Positions 60,661-64,000 of a stretch of 64,000 nucleotides of DNA are shown here, in pieces. The stretch covers positions 32,001 to 96,000 of the IMG/VR virus record IMGVR_UViG_3300049137_000157; one strand, given 5' to 3'. A program made the translations under genes and the position numbers. Positions within the stretch are counted from its first letter, which is position 1. The number at the start of each line of letters is the position of its first letter. This DNA is from a virus. The notes beneath the pieces were generated by a model. That model ran no database searches. It was not told the origin of the DNA and worked only from the letters and a program-made list of their open reading frames with translations.

Positions 60661-61371
60661 ATGTTTCGAGACGTCGCCGTTCTCATACCTTTCGGCAACG
60701 AGACGCCCTTGAGGAAACAGGCTCTGGGGCACGTGGCGAAATGGTACCTGGAGACCCTTCCTTTGGCTTCGGTCGGGACCGGAGGAAGCGACGGCGTCTG
60801 GTGCAAGGCGGAAGCCGTCGCCGAAGCCCTGAAGGAGACCTCGGCCGAGATCCTCGTGATCGCCGACGCGGACTGCATCGCACCTGGAATCCACGAAGCC
60901 ATTCGCAACGTGCGTCAGGGGGCCTCCTGGGCCATGCCGCACACCAAGGTCTACCGGCTCAACGAAAGCGCGACCCAGACGGTCCTGGGCGGGCGCAACC
61001 CGGCCGAACTGGCAGGAGTGCCCGCCCATCAGGACCAGGACCCGTACATCGGGTTCGAGGGCGGCGGGGTGACGGTCCTTCGGCGGTCCGTCTATCTCAA
61101 CTGCCCACTGGATCCGGAGTTCCGGGGGTGGGGTCAGGAGGACGAAGCGTGGGCTGTCGCCCTGAACGCCCTCCACGGCCCGCCCCGGCGAAGCCCGGCC
61201 CCGCTCTACCACCTGTTCCACGAGAAGCCGTCACGGATCAACCGCTACGCCGGTTCCGTGGCCAGCGTCCAGCGCCTCTGTCAGTACAAGGAGGCCGAAG
61301 TGACAGGAAGTTGGAATGAAATTCTCGAAACTGCGAGGAATCTCCTGAGGAGTGTCAGTGGTGTTCCCTAA
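60661..61371 (+). CDS. GT-A fold glycosyltransferase (GT2/GT7-like, 236 aa)
   Basis: VAVLIPF, WCKAEAV, IADAD (DxD), GGGVTV, FRGWGQEDEA. Confidence 0.85.
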   Translation: MFRDVAVLIPFGNETPLRKQALGHVAKWYLETLPLASVGTGGSDGVWCKAEAVAEALKETSAEILVIADADCIAPGIHEAIRNVRQGASWAMPHTKVYRLNESATQTVLGGRNPAELAGVPAHQDQDPYIGFEGGGVTVLRRSVYLNCPLDPEFRGWGQEDEAWAVALNALHGPPRRSPAPLYHLFHEKPSRINRYAGSVASVQRLCQYKEAEVTGSWNEILETARNLLRSVSGVP

Positions 61372-61380
61372 GCTGGCGGC

Positions 61381-62226
61381 ATGAGCAACCAAACCAGCGA
61401 CGAAATGACAGGGGAGCAGCTCGACGACTTCGCCCTGGGCCTCGCCACTGCCACGATCATGCGCCCCTCGAAGCGCGACCAGCAGAGCGCCCCCGGTCCG
61501 AGTGATCTGGCCGACGACTGCGACCGGTGCCTGGGCGGAAAGATCGCCCACTACCTGGGGCTCGGCTCTCCCGTGATGTCGGGGTTCTCCTTGGCCGCCT
61601 GGGTAGGAACGGCCGTCCACGAGAAGATGGAGCGCGACCTTCCCAAGGTGTACCGACATGCGGAGATCGAGATCGATGTCGAGGTCGGTGATGTCCCGGA
61701 TCTCGGGCACATCACCGGGCACACCGACGTGTTCCTGACCAACAAGTACACGGTCATCGACTGGAAGACCGCGTACAAGGAGGCCATCTTCCGGTACCGA
61801 AAGGCGGCTCGGGTTCCGGCGGAACTCCTGTCGGCGAACGAGGTCAGGGAGCTGGAGGACCTGAAGGCACTGGACCGGGAGAGCCGGTCCACTCCGGAGA
61901 GCCTGCTCCGCCTGGTCGAGCTGATGGCGAAGGCCAACCCGGACGGCAACGGACTTCCGGGCAACTATGTCCGGCAGACGCAGGTGTATCTCTACGGCCT
62001 GCACCGCATGGGTCGCAAGGTACGTCGCGCCGTCCTCGTCTTCATCCCCCGGGACAGCAACAGCATCGACGACGTCTGGGCGGCGGGCTTCACGTACCGA
62101 CCGGAGATCGCCGAGGCCGTACTCCAGAGGGCCTCCCACCTGGCACGACTCGTCAAGGCGGGCAAGCTCAACGAGCTGCGTACCAAAAGTGGATGCTACG
62201 TGTGCTCAAAAGCTCGACGCCTCTGA
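61381..62226 (+). CDS. PD-(D/E)xK Cas4/RecB-like exonuclease (281 aa)
   Basis: PSDLADDCDRC, GTAVH, E...ITGHTD...VIDWKT, Y..QTQVY, C-terminal CYVC. Confidence 0.85.
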   Translation: MSNQTSDEMTGEQLDDFALGLATATIMRPSKRDQQSAPGPSDLADDCDRCLGGKIAHYLGLGSPVMSGFSLAAWVGTAVHEKMERDLPKVYRHAEIEIDVEVGDVPDLGHITGHTDVFLTNKYTVIDWKTAYKEAIFRYRKAARVPAELLSANEVRELEDLKALDRESRSTPESLLRLVELMAKANPDGNGLPGNYVRQTQVYLYGLHRMGRKVRRAVLVFIPRDSNSIDDVWAAGFTYRPEIAEAVLQRASHLARLVKAGKLNELRTKSGCYVCSKARRL

Positions 62227-62313
62227 CTCGAATCTGGTACGCTGGAAGCACAGAAAGAGAACACACGAAATCAACGAAGCGATGAAGAAGACACCGGCAG
62301 TGAGGACAACAGG

Positions 62314-63489
62314 ATGAGCGAACTGGTCAAGAGGAACCCGGACTTCGATCCGGAGGCGATCAAGAAGAGCAAGCTGCTCCCGGAGCATCTCCAGAACGAC
62401 CGGGCTTCCCTGGAGTTCATGGCGATCATCGCCGACGGTCTGGGCATCAAGCCCGGCACTGCCATCCAGCACATCTACGTCTTCAAGCCGAAGAACGGCA
62501 ACCGCCTCCAAGCAGGGATGTCGGCCCACCTGTACGGTGCTCTCGCCATCGCCGCAGGTCATGACCTGCACGTCTCCGGCAACGCCATCGAGGCCAAGGG
62601 TGTCCTCATCCGCAAGGCCGACAACGAGAAGATCCAGCGATACCGGATCCTCGCCGAGGACGAACGCCGCAATCGTCAGCAGGCCATCGAAACAGCCCAC
62701 GGCCTGTACCGGCACGAACGCGAGTTCCTCCGGGACCAGATCGAGGACCTGGAGAGGCTGGCCCTGATCGCCGCCGAGAAGCCCGACAGCCCCGAGGCCA
62801 AGGGAGTTCAGGCGGAGATCGCGAAGATCCAGAAGCAGCTTCAGGGATTGCAGAAACAGTACGGCTTCGACACTCTTCGCCAGAGCCTCACCCAGGGTTC
62901 ACCGTTCGATCTGGAGAAGATTCTCCGGCACGAGGTGGTCTGGACGATGGCCATGGCGCAGCAGGCGGGCTTCACCAGCAATCCGAAGTACGGAACCCAG
63001 CCTCGCGAGATGTTGGAAGCTCGGGCTCAGGTCAGCGTCGTCCGGCGAGGTGCGATCGACGTGATCCTCGGCGTCCGTTCCTTCTTCGCCGACCTTGGCG
63101 TGGAGTACGACGGCGACCCGAACAAGGACCTGGCGATCGACGGTCTCCTTCTCGACGAGGACGAGATGCACCTCATTCAGGGCAGCGACGGCGAACCGAT
63201 CATGGACGCGGAACTGGTCGACGTCACCTCTCCAAAGGTCAGCCCCCGGCAGGCCCAGCTTCTGGACCTCGCGGCGGAAGGTGTCTCCAAGCGTGACGCC
63301 GACGGTGTCGCCCGATGGGCCCAGAGCATCCTGGCCAACGAGAAGCGGTCCGCCCGGCAGCGGGAGACCCAGCTCATGGCTATCCAGAGCGTCCTCCTGG
63401 AGGACCCCAAGGGGGACACCCTCCTGGAGAACGGCAACACCCTGAGGGACGAAATCCGCACCCTCACCGACTCACTCACCGCCAAGTAA
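62314..63489 (+). CDS. RecT/Bet-like single-strand annealing protein (391 aa)
   Basis: LLPEHL...GLGIKP..AIQHIYV; WTMAMAQQAG...QPREMLEARA...DVILG; follows the exonuclease. Confidence 0.72.
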   Translation: MSELVKRNPDFDPEAIKKSKLLPEHLQNDRASLEFMAIIADGLGIKPGTAIQHIYVFKPKNGNRLQAGMSAHLYGALAIAAGHDLHVSGNAIEAKGVLIRKADNEKIQRYRILAEDERRNRQQAIETAHGLYRHEREFLRDQIEDLERLALIAAEKPDSPEAKGVQAEIAKIQKQLQGLQKQYGFDTLRQSLTQGSPFDLEKILRHEVVWTMAMAQQAGFTSNPKYGTQPREMLEARAQVSVVRRGAIDVILGVRSFFADLGVEYDGDPNKDLAIDGLLLDEDEMHLIQGSDGEPIMDAELVDVTSPKVSPRQAQLLDLAAEGVSKRDADGVARWAQSILANEKRSARQRETQLMAIQSVLLEDPKGDTLLENGNTLRDEIRTLTDSLTAK

Positions 63490-63526
63490 ACCCACACGAA
63501 AACACGAAGAAGAGAAGGACATAGAG

Positions 63527-64000
63527 ATGAGCGACGAGTTCCAGGACGACCCGTTCAACAGCACCGACAACGACGGCGAGGGTGTGGTCGACGCCGACAT
63601 CGTCGAGGAGGACGAGACCGAGGAGGACGAGTTCGACATCCTCGGCGACGACGACCTCGAAGGCTTCTCCGAGACGGAGGACGGCGAGGCCCTCAAGGCC
63701 CAGGCCGACTCCGGCAAGAAGTACCGCGACCCCACCGAGGTCGGCCTCAAGGACCGTCAGTGGGTCCCCGTGGTCGTCAAGGAGATCACCGTCCACAAGA
63801 AGTACGCGCCGGAGTTCGGCGGCAACCCCGTGGTCCTCGCCAAGGACAAGACGGGCAAGCTGAAGTACCTCTTCAACGATGTCGCAGCCGCCATCCAGGA
63901 CGGTGCGACCCCGATGATCGGCGAGTACAAGCTCCCCTACGTCGTCGTCAAGATGAACCACGTGGCCCCGGCCTACGGCGAGCGGTTCTTCGACTACCAG
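63527..64000 (+). CDS. partial CDS with very acidic N-terminus (runs off the window)
   Basis: GAAGGA RBS; MSDEFQDDPF...; open to position 64000; not in the ORF track. Confidence 0.8.
   Translation, partial: MSDEFQDDPFNSTDNDGEGVVDADIVEEDETEEDEFDILGDDDLEGFSETEDGEALKAQADSGKKYRDPTEVGLKDRQWVPVVVKEITVHKKYAPEFGGNPVVLAKDKTGKLKYLFNDVAAAIQDGATPMIGEYKLPYVVVKMNHVAPAYGERFFDYQ

Noticed and set aside
61381-62226. CRISPR-Cas locus
   Set aside because: The Cas4-like nuclease is paired with RecT; no other cas genes or repeat-spacer array were seen

Overview
High-GC (roughly 68% by eye) actinomycete mobile element, most likely from Streptomyces, with mixed phage and plasmid character. No integrase, transposase, terminase or capsid/tail gene was recognised in this window. 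Modules from left to right: (1) cspA, a Ro60/TROVE gene, an unknown gene, an Rnl2-type RNA ligase and a promoter-driven array of three Y-RNA-like ncRNAs, one with a complete circularly permuted tRNA domain; (2) a leftward run of small phage-like ORFs and a replication module (TOPRIM primase, DnaB, wHTH initiator-like genes, AT-rich inverted-repeat origin candidate); (3) a Phd-domain fusion operon, HU, an FtsK/TraB-like translocase and a candidate ~355-nt structured RNA; (4) phage-like accessory genes (SNF2 helicase, DUF4031, HD alarmone hydrolase); (5) parA plus partner gene with three 16-bp parS-like palindromes; (6) a phage lysis cassette (amidase, holin, two accessory genes); (7) Streptomyces conjugation-type genes (SpdB-like, GntR/UTRA KorSA-like repressor, membrane proteins, and SLT, M23 and NlpC/P60 hydrolases); (8) UvrD-like helicase, RNase AS-like exonuclease, glycosyltransferase, Cas4-like exonuclease and RecT-like recombinase. 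A GGCCTAGGCC palindrome recurs at about 13 intergenic promoter positions. All family calls come from reading motifs by eye; no database search was run.
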